A DNA stretch of 63,882 nucleotides, filler included, from Stramenopiles sp. TOSAG23-3 (GCA_900128585.1; 12 parts of 12 records of this genome joined end to end with filler, not necessarily neighbours in it), one strand, 5' to 3'; counted from the first letter of the whole stretch, positions 11,838 to 23,289 are shown. Program-made: numbers and translations. The notes: generated from the letters alone by a model not told the origin.

Positions 11838-12791
11838 ATGTCGTCGTCGTCTGGCAACGCCGTCGTGTTTCTTCAAGACCAAGGTATCCCTAGGGGAGAG
11901 GTTGAGTCGAAGCTTGGGGACAATGGGTTCAAGGTCTTTTGGCAGGCCGTGGAGTCCGATAGTGAATTGTCGCAAACCGATGCGAGCGAAGTATCCGTCC
12001 TCGTCACCGTGAATAAAGCGGTGGACGGTGGGGTCCTGGCAAAGTACCCAAACGCCAAGGTGCTGGCAGTGGCGTTCACTGGGTACGGCGTGCACGACCT
12101 GGAGGCGTGCTCTGCCGCTGGCGTGGTCGTCTGCAATGTACCGGACTACAGCTCTGATTCTGTCGCGGAGTTGGCAATCGGGCTTACCCTCGCGGTCTAC
12201 CGTGAAATCCCCGCAGGAAACAGCCTCGTTCGCGACGGCAAGTGGGTTCTCAGCCCGGGCGGCGTGGAGCTGCGTGGCAAAACCGTAGGCATAGCCGGGA
12301 CAGGAACGATTGGGACCCGCGTGGCCCAATTGTTCAAAGCATTTGGTTGCAAGGTCGTTGGATGGTCGCGCTCGCAGAATCCTAAGTTTTTGGAATTGGG
12401 CGGGTCGTACGTATCGCGCGAAGAGTTGTTTTCCACGTCGGACGTCGTGAGCCTTCACATACCAAACAACGCGCAGACGAGGAAGATGATCGGCCGCGCC
12501 GATTTGGAGCGCCTACGGCCGTCGTCGGTGCTCATCAACACGGCCCGGGGCCAAGTCGTTGACGAAGAGGCGTTGGTGGACTTGCTTTCCCAGGGCAAGT
12601 TTCGCGCTGGTCTGGACGTTTTCCACGCAGAATCTGCGCCAGCATGGGCGTCCAAGGTCGGCCAGAGCACAGTGTTGATGCCCCACGTGGCGTACAAAAC
12701 GAAGGAGGCGTTGGTCCGGCGTTTGGACATCACCGTCGACAACATTCGTGCGGCGTTGGGCGGTTCGCCCGTGAACCATGTAAACAAGTAA
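11838..12791 (+). CDS. D-isomer-specific 2-hydroxyacid dehydrogenase
   Basis: VAFTG, NVPDYSSDSVAE, GTGTIG Rossmann motif, SDVVSLHIP, INTARG, DVFHAE, MPHVA. Start at ACCATG 11838. Confidence 0.93.
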   Translation: MSSSSGNAVVFLQDQGIPRGEVESKLGDNGFKVFWQAVESDSELSQTDASEVSVLVTVNKAVDGGVLAKYPNAKVLAVAFTGYGVHDLEACSAAGVVVCNVPDYSSDSVAELAIGLTLAVYREIPAGNSLVRDGKWVLSPGGVELRGKTVGIAGTGTIGTRVAQLFKAFGCKVVGWSRSQNPKFLELGGSYVSREELFSTSDVVSLHIPNNAQTRKMIGRADLERLRPSSVLINTARGQVVDEEALVDLLSQGKFRAGLDVFHAESAPAWASKVGQSTVLMPHVAYKTKEALVRRLDITVDNIRAALGGSPVNHVNK

Positions 12792-12945
12792 AACGAATTT
12801 CTGGAAAAGGGGCTGCTGAATCCCGAGAGAACGGTTGGTGCAGTGTTTTGATGTGGGGCATAATTTGTTATTTGTACACGGCAGTTGAATTCTTTTACAC
12901 GCGGCGCACCTTCAAAAAACATTATGACCCCCTTTTAAAATTAAT

Positions 12946-15540
12946 TTACAAACGAAACATGAGGGCGGCGGCCAACTCGTTTCTCGCTTCCTGCTCGGAC
13001 TTTTCCTCTGTCGGGACCACCGGGGTGCTGCTGTTGGACTTCCTGGCCTTCTCCGCGTCGGTCGCCTCGATCGCAACATTTCCTTCCTTCTTTACCCCGG
13101 ACAAAAATTCTTCCCGCTCCTGCTTCTTAGACTCCATCGCGGGCAGCTCCTGCTCGAGCTTCGCCTCCGCGTCCTTGAGCGTGTTGACGGTACTCACCTG
13201 GTCGTCCGACGCGGTCGCGTTCTCGGCCTCGGTTTTCTCGCTACGGACCTCGCCGATGTCGGCCTTGGTATCGTTGATCGCTTTGTCTATGCTATGGACG
13301 GCACGGTTGGCCGCCTTGACCGTCTGGGCCAACTTTTTGTTTTCGTCCGCGTGTGACGACACGTTCCCGGCGGTCTTCGTCGCCTCGGAGGAGCGGATCA
13401 TGCCCCCCTCCGTGCTGGAAATGTTCTCTAACTTGCTAGCGTCTTCCGACAGCTTCGCGGCCATGTCCTCGGCTCGCTGCTCGACCAACGTCACGTTGTC
13501 GCTCTCTTCTAGTTTGGCGCCCTGCGCCAGGTCCACCTTCGCCTTCTCCTCGTCCTTCCTCAGGTCCTCCTCGATGGCGGAGTTCAGCTCGCTCGAGCGC
13601 TCATTCAACAGCTTCGAGGCGGCCTCGGCCTTCCCGTTCGCCACCGCCGCCTCCGACAGGAGGCCGTGCAACGTCTCCTCCATCCGTGCAAAGTTCGCGT
13701 TCGTCGCGTTGTCCCCGGCCCTCCCGAGGGCGATCGCCTGCTTCGACCCTTGCTGAAATTCCACGCGCTGCTTCTCGGCAAGCTTCTTCGTCGCGGCGAG
13801 ATTCCCACTTGCCTCGGCGACGGCGGCCTCGGTCCTGTTGACGGCCTCCATGGCGACGGTCACGTTCGCCTCACCGGTCGCTTTGATCTCCTCGAGGATC
13901 TCTTTCTGCTCCGTCAGGAGTTCCGTGGCCTCGCGGACGTTCGCGTTCGCCCGGACGGGGTCCGAGGACGTGCTCGCCTTGCCGACGGCCTCCTTCATCG
14001 CGTTGTCCCGCTCGCCCAAAAGCGTCTGGGCGGCCTTGGTCTTGTTCTGAACCTCCGCCTTCAGGCTCTCGTACGCCGCCTTCGCGGCCTCCAGGGCCTG
14101 GGTCTTCTCCGCGACCACCGCGGTCGCATTCTTCAGTTGGGCGGCGATGTTCTCCTCCGTGGCCACCTTCTGCCTCAGCTGCTCGAGTTGCACCTTGGCG
14201 AGGTTCATCAGCTTCGCCTGCTCCGCCTTCGTCCGTTCGTCGAAGAGGGCGTCCTTCTCGAGGGCGATGCGGCGCAGGGCATCCTCGCGCTTCTGCTGGT
14301 TCGCGATGACCTCGGCGGAGATCTGGCGCTGGACCTTGGTCCGCTCCGCGGTCCGTTGGATCGCGCTCAGCTCCTCGGCCTTGCGCGCGGCGTCGGCGGC
14401 GCGGGCCTCCGCGTCCGCCACGACTTTCTTCGCTTTGGCCAGGCGGAGTTCCCCCGTGAGCCGGTCCACCCTCTCCTGGGCGCTCGTCTGCTCCGTCTTC
14501 AAGAGTTTTGCCTTGGACTCCCCCTTGGCAAGGGCCACCCGCAGCTTCTCCAGCGTGGCCTCCAGGTTCTCCAACGCGGCCTTGCCCGCGTCAAGGTCCT
14601 TCTGGGCCGCCTCCTTCGGCGAGGACCCCACCTCGATCAGGGCGAGCGCCTTCAGCTTCTCCGCCAGCGCGCTGTTCGCCTTGACCAGGGGCGCGACCTT
14701 GGCCTCGGCGGCCTTGACCTTGCCCCCTAGGGCCCGGTTCGCCCCCACCTGGGCGTTGTAGGCGAACATAAGGTTCCTCGCCATCGTCGTTGCGCCCGCC
14801 AGCTCCTTCTCCAGCCGGGCGATCTTCGCGGCCAGGTCGTTGTTCTCCCCCTCGGCCGTCGCCGCCCGCCTCTTCTGGGCGGCGAGCCGCGCCGCCCCCT
14901 TGGCCTTGGCCAGGAGGGCCTTCTTCGCGCCCTCCTCGTATTTTCCCTTGTCGGCGGAGACCATTTTCCAATACTTGGTCGCCTTGGCCTTCTCCACGGC
15001 GTCCGTCCGCGGGAGGCGGTCGAGGCACATCTCCCCGATCTTCGACGTGTCGAAGGTGTGGAACCAGAGGTTCTTCGCCCCCTCGCTGTACTGGCACTTG
15101 GGGTTGCGGCGGAAGGAGTTGTCCGCGCCGACGGCGGCGGGGCGACAGGCAATTTTGCTCGGGTCTTCGGTCGCGCACCATCCGCACCGGGGTTTGCTCA
15201 GGCACTCCCCGCAGGACGTGATCGTTTCGCACTCCTCGACCTTGTCGCACTTACTAAAGTGCCACGACTTGCAGTCAAGGTCCTTGAAGGGGCCCTTCTG
15301 GGTCCCAGTGTGGCAGGAGTCGTCGTCCGCGCAGTACCCGCAGTGCGGGACGCGGAGGCAGGACCGGCAGTCCCCCCTCGGGACGTCGATCTCGCACGAT
15401 TGGGCGGACTCCATGATGGAGGAAAACGACAAGGCCTTCGCGGTGGCGGACAAGGAGGTCGCGTGAGACTCTGGGACGAGGGCCGCGGAGGCAAAGACTG
15501 CCCAGGCGGCCGCTGCCGTTGCGGACCAACGGTAGATCAT
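12946..15540 (-). CDS. Secreted protein with two PSI domains and a long Ala/Glu/Lys coiled coil
   Basis: Signal peptide MIYRWS..; CRSCLRVPHCGYC and SCGECLSKPRCGWC; about 650 aa of coiled coil. Confidence 0.85.
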   Translation of the reverse strand: MIYRWSATAAAAWAVFASAALVPESHATSLSATAKALSFSSIMESAQSCEIDVPRGDCRSCLRVPHCGYCADDDSCHTGTQKGPFKDLDCKSWHFSKCDKVEECETITSCGECLSKPRCGWCATEDPSKIACRPAAVGADNSFRRNPKCQYSEGAKNLWFHTFDTSKIGEMCLDRLPRTDAVEKAKATKYWKMVSADKGKYEEGAKKALLAKAKGAARLAAQKRRAATAEGENNDLAAKIARLEKELAGATTMARNLMFAYNAQVGANRALGGKVKAAEAKVAPLVKANSALAEKLKALALIEVGSSPKEAAQKDLDAGKAALENLEATLEKLRVALAKGESKAKLLKTEQTSAQERVDRLTGELRLAKAKKVVADAEARAADAARKAEELSAIQRTAERTKVQRQISAEVIANQQKREDALRRIALEKDALFDERTKAEQAKLMNLAKVQLEQLRQKVATEENIAAQLKNATAVVAEKTQALEAAKAAYESLKAEVQNKTKAAQTLLGERDNAMKEAVGKASTSSDPVRANANVREATELLTEQKEILEEIKATGEANVTVAMEAVNRTEAAVAEASGNLAATKKLAEKQRVEFQQGSKQAIALGRAGDNATNANFARMEETLHGLLSEAAVANGKAEAASKLLNERSSELNSAIEEDLRKDEEKAKVDLAQGAKLEESDNVTLVEQRAEDMAAKLSEDASKLENISSTEGGMIRSSEATKTAGNVSSHADENKKLAQTVKAANRAVHSIDKAINDTKADIGEVRSEKTEAENATASDDQVSTVNTLKDAEAKLEQELPAMESKKQEREEFLSGVKKEGNVAIEATDAEKARKSNSSTPVVPTEEKSEQEARNELAAALMFRL

Positions 15541-16296
15541 GGTTTTGGGTTGTTGGGTCTTGACACGTGAGACTGCTAAGCGAAGGAAGGAAACACTACG
15601 CAACAGCAAACAGATCGAACAAAACAGATCAGAACAATGAAATTGGCGCAGGCTTCCGTTTCCGCTGCCAAATCTCTTTTTCCATTTGGTTCCTTGTTTA
15701 CTTTCTAGCTTGAACATCCTATTTTTAAAAAAGGTTTTCATTGCTTATCTTATTTATTAGAAGAAAGAATAGAAAAAGAAGTGATTTAAAAAAAAGGATA
15801 TTCTATTATTACACTACAATATATAACATATAAGTATAAAAACAATGCAGTTTATACATATTATAAGTACATTAATAATGAAAACAAGCTATGAATTATA
15901 TGGTAAATTGTATTCTATAGTATTCACCTGTTAAGAAGCCTCCCCTCCCTTTTAAAATGGGAAAGAAACGAAGCCTCTTCTTCCTCGTTCCTTCCCTTCT
16001 TTTCCAGGGTTGGAGGCGTCGGGTTCGGGTTGGGGTTAATGTTAGAATTAGGGTATTAAGAAGGGGTGGGGTTAAGGATAGTGTTTGTGATAGGGTATAT
16101 TTGGCGGAGCTTTTTTTTCCCGAGTTGTTCTTTTCTTTTTTTTTCTCTCAAAAAATGGAGATTATTCTTCTGATAAAATAATATAAATAAAATGCTGTTG
16201 TGTACTGTAGCTTCTCTATATTTATAAATACGGTGCTCAGTGTGTTTTCTTTCATGTTATTTATATCTTATAATAGCTTATACCTGGTATTAAATA

Positions 16297-16298
16297 TT

Positions 16299-16373
<75 letters not shown>

Positions 16374-16598
16374 NNNNNNNNNNNNNNNNNNNNNNNNNNN
16401 NNNNNNNNNNNNNNNNNTTAATTAATTAANNNNNNNNNNNNNNNNNNNNNNNNNNNNNNNNNNNNNNNNNNNNGAAAGAAGAAGAAGAAGAAGAAGAAGA
16501 AGAAGAAGAAGAAGAAGAAGAAGAAGAAGAAGAAAGAAGAAGAAGAAGAAGAGAGAAGAGAGAAGAGAGAAGAGAGAAGAGAGAAGAAGAAGAAAGAA
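16297..16598. repeat. (TTTC)n and (GAA)n/(GAGAA)n microsatellites at the ends of two different scaffolds, either side of a linker
   Basis: Visible in sequence. Confidence 0.95.
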
Positions 16599-17040
16599 GG
16601 TATAATGTATTATTATTATTGTATTTTAAATAGGAAGGATTATGCTTATAGGAAAAGTTTGATTATTTCATTATAATTATAGTTAAATATATATGAGTGA
16701 GTGTGAATAGAGAATATATACAATAACATCGTTAAATAAAATGAGAAATTAGAGGATAGAAGGGGGGGGGGGAAAGGGATTTCTAGTTTTAAATGGATAT
16801 CTAGTACATTCTGAACTTAAAAGAGAGGAAGTTAAATTACATTTCGGTTAAATACTTGTAGATCTTAGAATCAATAGTTTGGTTTCGTTTCGTTTGTGTA
16901 CACAATAGAACAGAGAGAGTACTCACTCACTCAATCAATCGCACACTCGCAAACGGACGGGCGGACGGACGGACGGACGGACGGACAGGCAGGCAGGCAG
17001 TTAAAATTTAAACCTAAACCTTCACTTGTCTCTCTCCATC

Positions 17041-18356
17041 ATGGCGCTCCATCGATTCTTTGTCTTCGGCGTACTTCTTCTCGGCGTTTCGGTCTCCCAG
17101 GCGCTGCGGGTGGACCGCGTAGAAGAGCAGGCGGTAGAGAGTGTGGCCGGGGTCGCCGCGAGCGTGGAAGACGCTGCCCCAAAGAGGAGGCGGAACAGCA
17201 CCACGAACAGGACGTCGTTGTTGTCCAAGCCGAAAGTGGCGGCTGCGCCTGCCAGTTCGGGTGGGCGGGACGGACCTGCGCCCGGCAAGTTGCCTGCCCC
17301 GGGGTAGCCCGGGGGAAGGCCGGCTTGGTGTACGGGAACTGCTCCGGCCACGGCGTGTGCCAGCAGAACGGGATGTGCCTGTGCAACGAGGGCTGGGGCG
17401 GCGAGGGCTGCGAGGTGACCCGACGCTGCAACTCTGGGTGCAGCGGCCACGGCCTCTGCGTGGAAACCTCGTCCCCGGCGAGCAAGCTCCCGCCCATGGC
17501 AGACCCGTTCGAAAAGAAAAACGCGACGGGCAGAGGCAACGCGACCGCCGTTGCTGGTGCGAACCGGACCAACGGGACGACGGCCGCGTTCGCCGCCATG
17601 CCCAAATTCAAACGAGTCGATTCGAGCCTTATAGACGGAGACGCGGGCGATCGGAAAGAAGAGTATGTTCCATGGGACAACGTAGACAGCAAGGTCTCCT
17701 CGGCCGCTATGTTTTTAGAAGAAAGCAAGGACGGCGCGAGCCAGCTGCTCGCGGGGCAGAAGCCCAGTAGAAAAAAGAGAAAACGGAGAAAGCGACGAAA
17801 AGTTGCCCCGACGTGGTTGCCGGATACATTTTGCCAGTGCTATTTGAAATGGTACGGCGACGACTGCTCGGATCGCACGCCGCCGAAGACTCCTTCGCTC
17901 AACATAGAAAACGCCACCCGGGGGACGGCATCGAAGAACGCTTCCAACGCCTCGGTGGCGGCGCCCATCGCGAAGAAACCAGCGTCCACTTCGTCTATGC
18001 TGACCTCGGCGGTCACCATGCACCAGAGCAGTATCTTGGGCGGGGGCGTTGCGTCCAACGAGGTAAGCGGCAAAGGGTGCCCGAACCATTGCTCTTCGCA
18101 GGGAATCTGCGTGTCTGATGCATGTTATTGCCACCACGGGTTTACCGGGAACAGTTGCTCCCTGAAAATGTCCGAAGGGGCAACGTTTCAGACGTCCTTC
18201 GTTGCGTCTGGTCTGTACAAATACTCTGGTTCGTTTTTCTTTTTCGGCATTGGCGCCGCCGTGTTCTCCGGTCGTATTGCCAATTTCTATAGAAGGGTTG
18301 CTGGCATCAAGCGCAAGCTGCCGACGCACCAAATTCCCCTACAAAAGCATTGGTAA
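17041..18356 (+). CDS. Type I membrane protein with tenascin-type EGF repeats; frameshift near 17235
   Basis: Signal peptide MALHRFFVFGVLLLG lies in one frame; NCSGHGVC..C.CNEGWGGEGC repeats and the C-terminal TM lie in another. Confidence 0.8.
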
Positions 18357-18452
18357 ACCGTCGAGCGTTGTAGTGTAGGCCTGAATTAATTTTTAAAATT
18401 AAAACATTATTTAAGTTTATAATTAGTACGAATTTGGTACGCTTAGGCGCGT

Positions 18453-19040
18453 TTAAAACACGTTTAATTTGTCCATGTCGAGCTTCATCTGAAACTTCCG
18501 TGGCGATTCGGGAGCGGGCGATAGTTTCAATTGCATCCCGTCGATGCCCGATCGTGGGGCATAGTCTGGGCTGATCAGGTCGTACTTTCCACTGGTATGG
18601 TTGGCGTTTAAAATTTTCCACAAAGTGCCCTGGTACGTGACGAAGGCCCCCCGCGCAAACCTCCGAATTCGTCGAGGGCGCCCCGAGTACCGTCCGGGGT
18701 CATAAAAGCTGCTCTCTGTCTTCTTGCTCTGCGCCTCCTCCCTTTTCACGGGCTTTGTTTGAATTAATTTTTGTCTGTACATGTCCTTTTCAGCCTTCTC
18801 TCGTTTCTCCCTCTCTTGCTTCCGCTCGTCCCACGTGTGCCTCAGTTTATGCCACTCTCGATCGGCGCTCTGAAAATAGAAAAAATGGTGGTGGTCGGCG
18901 GCGATCCCCATGTCAAACGCATCTTGCAACTTATGCCCCGAATCCAGCATCGTAGATCCCTGATAACTGTAATAGATTTGTTTGTGCAAGGTCCGCGTCC
19001 TGTGCAACGCCGTTTGCCTGTTGTCCGTTCTCCTGCTCAT
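18453..19040 (-). CDS. Hypothetical protein
   Basis: 195-aa ORF with coding-like composition, bounded by AT-rich DNA. Confidence 0.65.
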   Translation of the reverse strand: MSRRTDNRQTALHRTRTLHKQIYYSYQGSTMLDSGHKLQDAFDMGIAADHHHFFYFQSADREWHKLRHTWDERKQEREKREKAEKDMYRQKLIQTKPVKREEAQSKKTESSFYDPGRYSGRPRRIRRFARGAFVTYQGTLWKILNANHTSGKYDLISPDYAPRSGIDGMQLKLSPAPESPRKFQMKLDMDKLNVF

Positions 19041-19876
19041 TATTGTTTACTAAAACGAAGCGACGAAGGACGATATGATGAAATCTAAGGACAAAAAATA
19101 CACAAACAAAGAAAAATCCCAAACACTTGGTTAAGAAAGAAATCCCGAGCATGAAAGGGAACACCTTTTTTTTTTACCTTCTTTCTCTTCTTGAACTTGA
19201 ACTATTTCTTCATTAAAAAAAACTTTCTTTTTTCTCCTCCTCCAAATCTCTCTCTCTATAAATAAATTTAATCGTTTCAATATAAAAAGGATTCAGATGC
19301 TGTGTGTATCTAAAAGAGGTAGTATTCAATTTGTTTACTCACGGAGGAAATTAATTTAAATTCTGATGATTGTTGTCATTTTATAATAGTGTTGAATGTA
19401 GGGTTATATAACCATTACAATTGTATTAAGATACACTAATATATATTAACCCTATAATATACCTATCATTAATAAAAATCTGCCTCATGTCCATTTTGTA
19501 ACGATTATTTCTATTTATAAATATTATATTAAAAGTTATTATAAGATCTATAATAAGATATTATTATACAAATAGCATTGATATTTTATTTTATTTTTCC
19601 GTTTGTTTTTTTTTTTTTTTTTTACAAAATGATGAAGAAGAAGAGAGAAGAAGGAGAGAGAGAGAGAGAGAGACCCTTTCTTCATTATAATATTAATAAT
19701 ATGAACATATTGCATTCCTTGAAGTTATAAGTGAAATTACAAATAGAGAGAGGGAATGTTCAATCAAATAAGAAGCAACAACGATTAATAACAACTAAAG
19801 CAACAATTTTTTCGTTCCTTTGTTTTCCTTCTATTTTGTTATTGTTCAACCCAATACGCACAAACAAACCAATATC

Positions 19877-21588
19877 ATGCCAAAACGACGATTCTTAGGC
19901 GGTAGACAGATGCAGACGCTGGGGGGTGCCCCTCAATGCTTTGGTGCGCCGGACGGTGCCAGGGGTGCGCGCCCGATGGCCTTGAAACAAGGGAACCAGG
20001 GCAATGGCTGGGCAGCTCGCGTGTCGGGACCTTGATGAGGCAGGACATTTTCATGGACTCCGGGAAGGCGAACTCCCCGCGACGACCGGAAGGCACCGCG
20101 AGCCGGGCCTCCCCCAAACGGAGCCAGATCCAGTCGAGCTGGGGCGTCCAGACCTACGCGCAGGCAAAGTCCGGGCCGCAACCTGCGGTTTACGGGACAA
20201 ACCCCAACCTCCCGAATATTCTAAGGCGGACGCCTGAGAAGACCCCGGACCAGCCCCCGCCCGCCCAGCCGTTGGCAGAGACCGGGTTGAACCGCCAGGT
20301 CCAAGCGTACGCAACGGTGCCCTCGCTGAACAAGATGTACTACACCGACCCGAGCCCGTTGCCAGTGCCCCGAAAGACGCAGTTCAACCGGTCCGATCTC
20401 GTCCGAAACCGGGTCGAGCATGGAGACTGCACGGACAAGTTCGTCGTGGACGGGCGGAGGCGCGAGGTGGGTTTCGGGGAAAGCATAGACAAGCCAATGC
20501 AGACCGAATTTTACCGGCCAGGCTACAATGGGAAAGTCTGCGACTGGAGCATGAGCGGGGACGCGCCGCAATGGATGCTGAAACAATCGCTGGACAAAAA
20601 TGCGGTCATCAGCGCACAGGTAGAGAAGCAGACGGGGATGGTTACCAGTTTCAAGCGGGACGGGAATCAAAAGGGCAGCGTAACGGACTGGTCCATCTCG
20701 GCGGACGGGCCCGCGTGGATGACGGATGTCTTGGAGAAATACGACAAAGAGGCCATCTTAGACCCCGTCGTGCTCAAGAAGGGGAAACAGCAGTTCTTCT
20801 CCGTGTCGAAGAGCAAAAACAATGACGTCACGCATGCGCACGCCACGCTGACGCGGACCACCTTCGACCGCCAGGCGGCAGGAATAGGCTCGATGGGGGG
20901 GCATACGATAACGGACTCAAGCACGTCTGCCGACATGCCCTCTTACCTGGCAGACCAAAGCCGCCGCATTTTGGGAAAGGGCGACGTACTCGAACCGCCG
21001 GAAAACTCAAACAAAAACTGGTACAATCGCCAATCCTACGGTAGAAAACCAAAATTCCCGCACCAGCATGCAAGCTACCAGAGCAAGAAAGAACGGTCGA
21101 TCGGGATGAACGGGGGGCTAGGGGCAAAAGCGGAGCACCATGGTGGAAACGTTATCAGCGACAGTACAGTGAGCGGGGAGGCCCCCGCTTTCATGGTCGA
21201 CATGAGCAAGCGGGTGGACCCAACCTGTGTGTACACTCGCCCAAACAACCAGCTTCATTTTGTCAACCAAGAATTTTCAACCGGGGAGAAACCGTCGCAG
21301 TGGACCTACGACGACAGTAGCGTCAGTGGGGACGCCCCATCCTGGATGACGGAGACCAGCGCGCGAATTTCCGACAACATTTTGGTAGAGCCGACGAATC
21401 GTGAATGGGTGAACTCCAGTTCAAACCCATCGTACCGGAAGTCCCCGAAGAAACCCGTGCACGAGATTAGAGCAGGCCGGAGCCGAACGAAACCAACAAA
21501 ATGGACCACCGACGTAGAGAGGCATACGATGATGAGCACAAGGAAGCCTTACGAAAGCCCGAAGAAGACGAAACGATGGGTCCGGTGA
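19877..21588 (+). CDS. Repeat protein with five D[WS][ST]xS[GA][DE]xPx[WYF][ML] motifs; probable 5' frameshift
   Basis: Long ORF 19936-21588; ATG 19877 (MPKRRFLGG) opens the GC-rich block in another frame. Confidence 0.7.
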
Positions 21589-21699
21589 GATGAAACATCG
21601 CGCGCACCCTCAAATCTTTAGAGCGAGTTGTACATAAATTTTAATCACACACGCAGCACATAACCCAACAAATATATATAAAAAAACAAGTTAGACATA

Positions 21700-22050
21700 C
21701 TTTGTACATAGTAAGATAAGTTCGCAGTAAATTTGAAGGAATGGTAACTGTTTACTTTGCCAAGATTCGAAACAGCAGGTACCCTTTGTCCGGAACACGC
21801 CAAGCTCGGATTCGGAAATCTCGAATTCTTACTACGTGCATTTTGGAAATTTCTAAATCCGTGAAGGTTGACCTTGATTTTCCACTTCAGGGCGTGTTCG
21901 TAGGTTGAAATCATTTTAATTTGGGGGGGGAGGAAAAAATACTTTGTAACTTAATTCGTACCTCTTATCTATCAAAGTAGTTTATATAAAGCAAGTAAGT
22001 TTTTTTTTATAATGCCTGGCCAAAATTAAAACAAAATTATTGTTAATTGT
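21700..22050. repeat. Fragments of the 3'-flank repeat family
   Basis: AGATAAGTTCGCAGTA near 21714; 22011-22043 is the reverse complement of about 58283-58314. Confidence 0.75.
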
Positions 22051-22113
22051 TTGATTTTGTTTGGAGATTTTGTCATAGGCTATAAATAAAGGAATTACCT
22101 AACTGTAGATTTA

Positions 22114-23289
22114 TCAATTTCGCCCACGGACTAGTGCTGCTACAATGGCCATTGAAACGATGGCACCCATCGTAGTAAATGCTGCCACGCCACGAGAGCT
22201 AAACATCGTAAGTGTTTTAGACCGAGGAGTATCTGGCGTTGGTCCCGGTGTTGGCGCTGGAGAGTCTGGTTTTGGCGGTACTTCTGCCGTGGTCTTTTGC
22301 TTGAGGAAACAGTCGTAGACGAAATGAGGCAAATAAGGCAGCGCGGGCGCCACGGTCCGCAGCGCGTTGTAGCCGGCTCCGGGAAAGAGCGCTGAGACGC
22401 CCTTGGTCATGCAGATTTTAGTGAGGCAATCGAGCACGCCCGTGTATCGGCGCTCGCCCAGGGGCCGCCGCGCATCCGAAATGAGGCGCAGGTGCATCGT
22501 TCTCACCGGGTAGGTCACGTAGGCGGCTGCGAGGGTCGTGCAGTTCCCCGCGACGAACTTGCCCCAGCCACTCTTGTAGCCCCAGTCCGCAGCGAGCGTG
22601 TGGCACAAGAAATAAGTGGCCCGATACAAAACTACGCCACCGACGGTCACGAGAAACCCGCTGTAGAGCTTGTTCGGGACATCGCCGAGTGTCTGGACCT
22701 CTCGTTTGAGGTAGTCCAGCATGCTTGAATACAAGGGCATGCCCTTCGCGTCCTTGCAGATCTTGAGCTGGAGGCTGGTGTGGTCCAGCGGGTACACCAC
22801 GGTCAACACCATCGCTGTATGGACGGTTCCGGTAAGAACGTTGTTAACGAAGTGCTTGCCCGGAAAGTCCGGCAGCTTCTTCCACAGTGCCTTGAAGAGA
22901 GTCTTCACAGGGGCCTTCAAGTTCAAGCTCAAGAACTGGGTGGGGATGTAGCGGAAGCAGTCTGGGAGGTGGCCGTGGAAAAAACCCCGCCAGCCCTCAC
23001 GCGCGTAGATGCGTTGCGCGCAGTCGAGCCCGCCATCGAGCGGCTCGGGTTCGCCAAGCTCGTCGTCGTCGTTGTATTGTAGCATGCGTTGGATCGTCAC
23101 GAACGGCGCCCACACGGTCTTTTGGACGCACGCGTTGATGCCGCCCACCACACGACTGTTGAAATCGCTCTCGGGCAACAAGTCCGCCACGAGCTGCCCG
23201 CCCCGGGCGCCGAGCCAGCCGCTGGCGATGGACAGCGCGACGACGCCGCTGGCCGCCGCGATTTCGCTGCCGGTCCAGGTGCCCGGCAT
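22114..23289 (-). CDS. Divergent ADP/ATP-carrier-like mitochondrial carrier with extra terminal hydrophobic segments
   Basis: RYIPTQ, VYPLD, LYSGF.V.VGGVVLYRATYF and YTGVLDC..I...GV.ALFPGAGYNALRTV align to AAC. Confidence 0.85.
   Translation of the reverse strand: MPGTWTGSEIAAASGVVALSIASGWLGARGGQLVADLLPESDFNSRVVGGINACVQKTVWAPFVTIQRMLQYNDDDELGEPEPLDGGLDCAQRIYAREGWRGFFHGHLPDCFRYIPTQFLSLNLKAPVKTLFKALWKKLPDFPGKHFVNNVLTGTVHTAMVLTVVYPLDHTSLQLKICKDAKGMPLYSSMLDYLKREVQTLGDVPNKLYSGFLVTVGGVVLYRATYFLCHTLAADWGYKSGWGKFVAGNCTTLAAAYVTYPVRTMHLRLISDARRPLGERRYTGVLDCLTKICMTKGVSALFPGAGYNALRTVAPALPYLPHFVYDCFLKQKTTAEVPPKPDSPAPTPGPTPDTPRSKTLTMFSSRGVAAFTTMGAIVSMAIVAALVRGRN

Noticed and set aside
12644-15570. Long antisense and overlapping ORFs (also around 34121-35440 and elsewhere)
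   Set aside because: Expected shadows of GC-rich coding sequence; no recognisable motifs.
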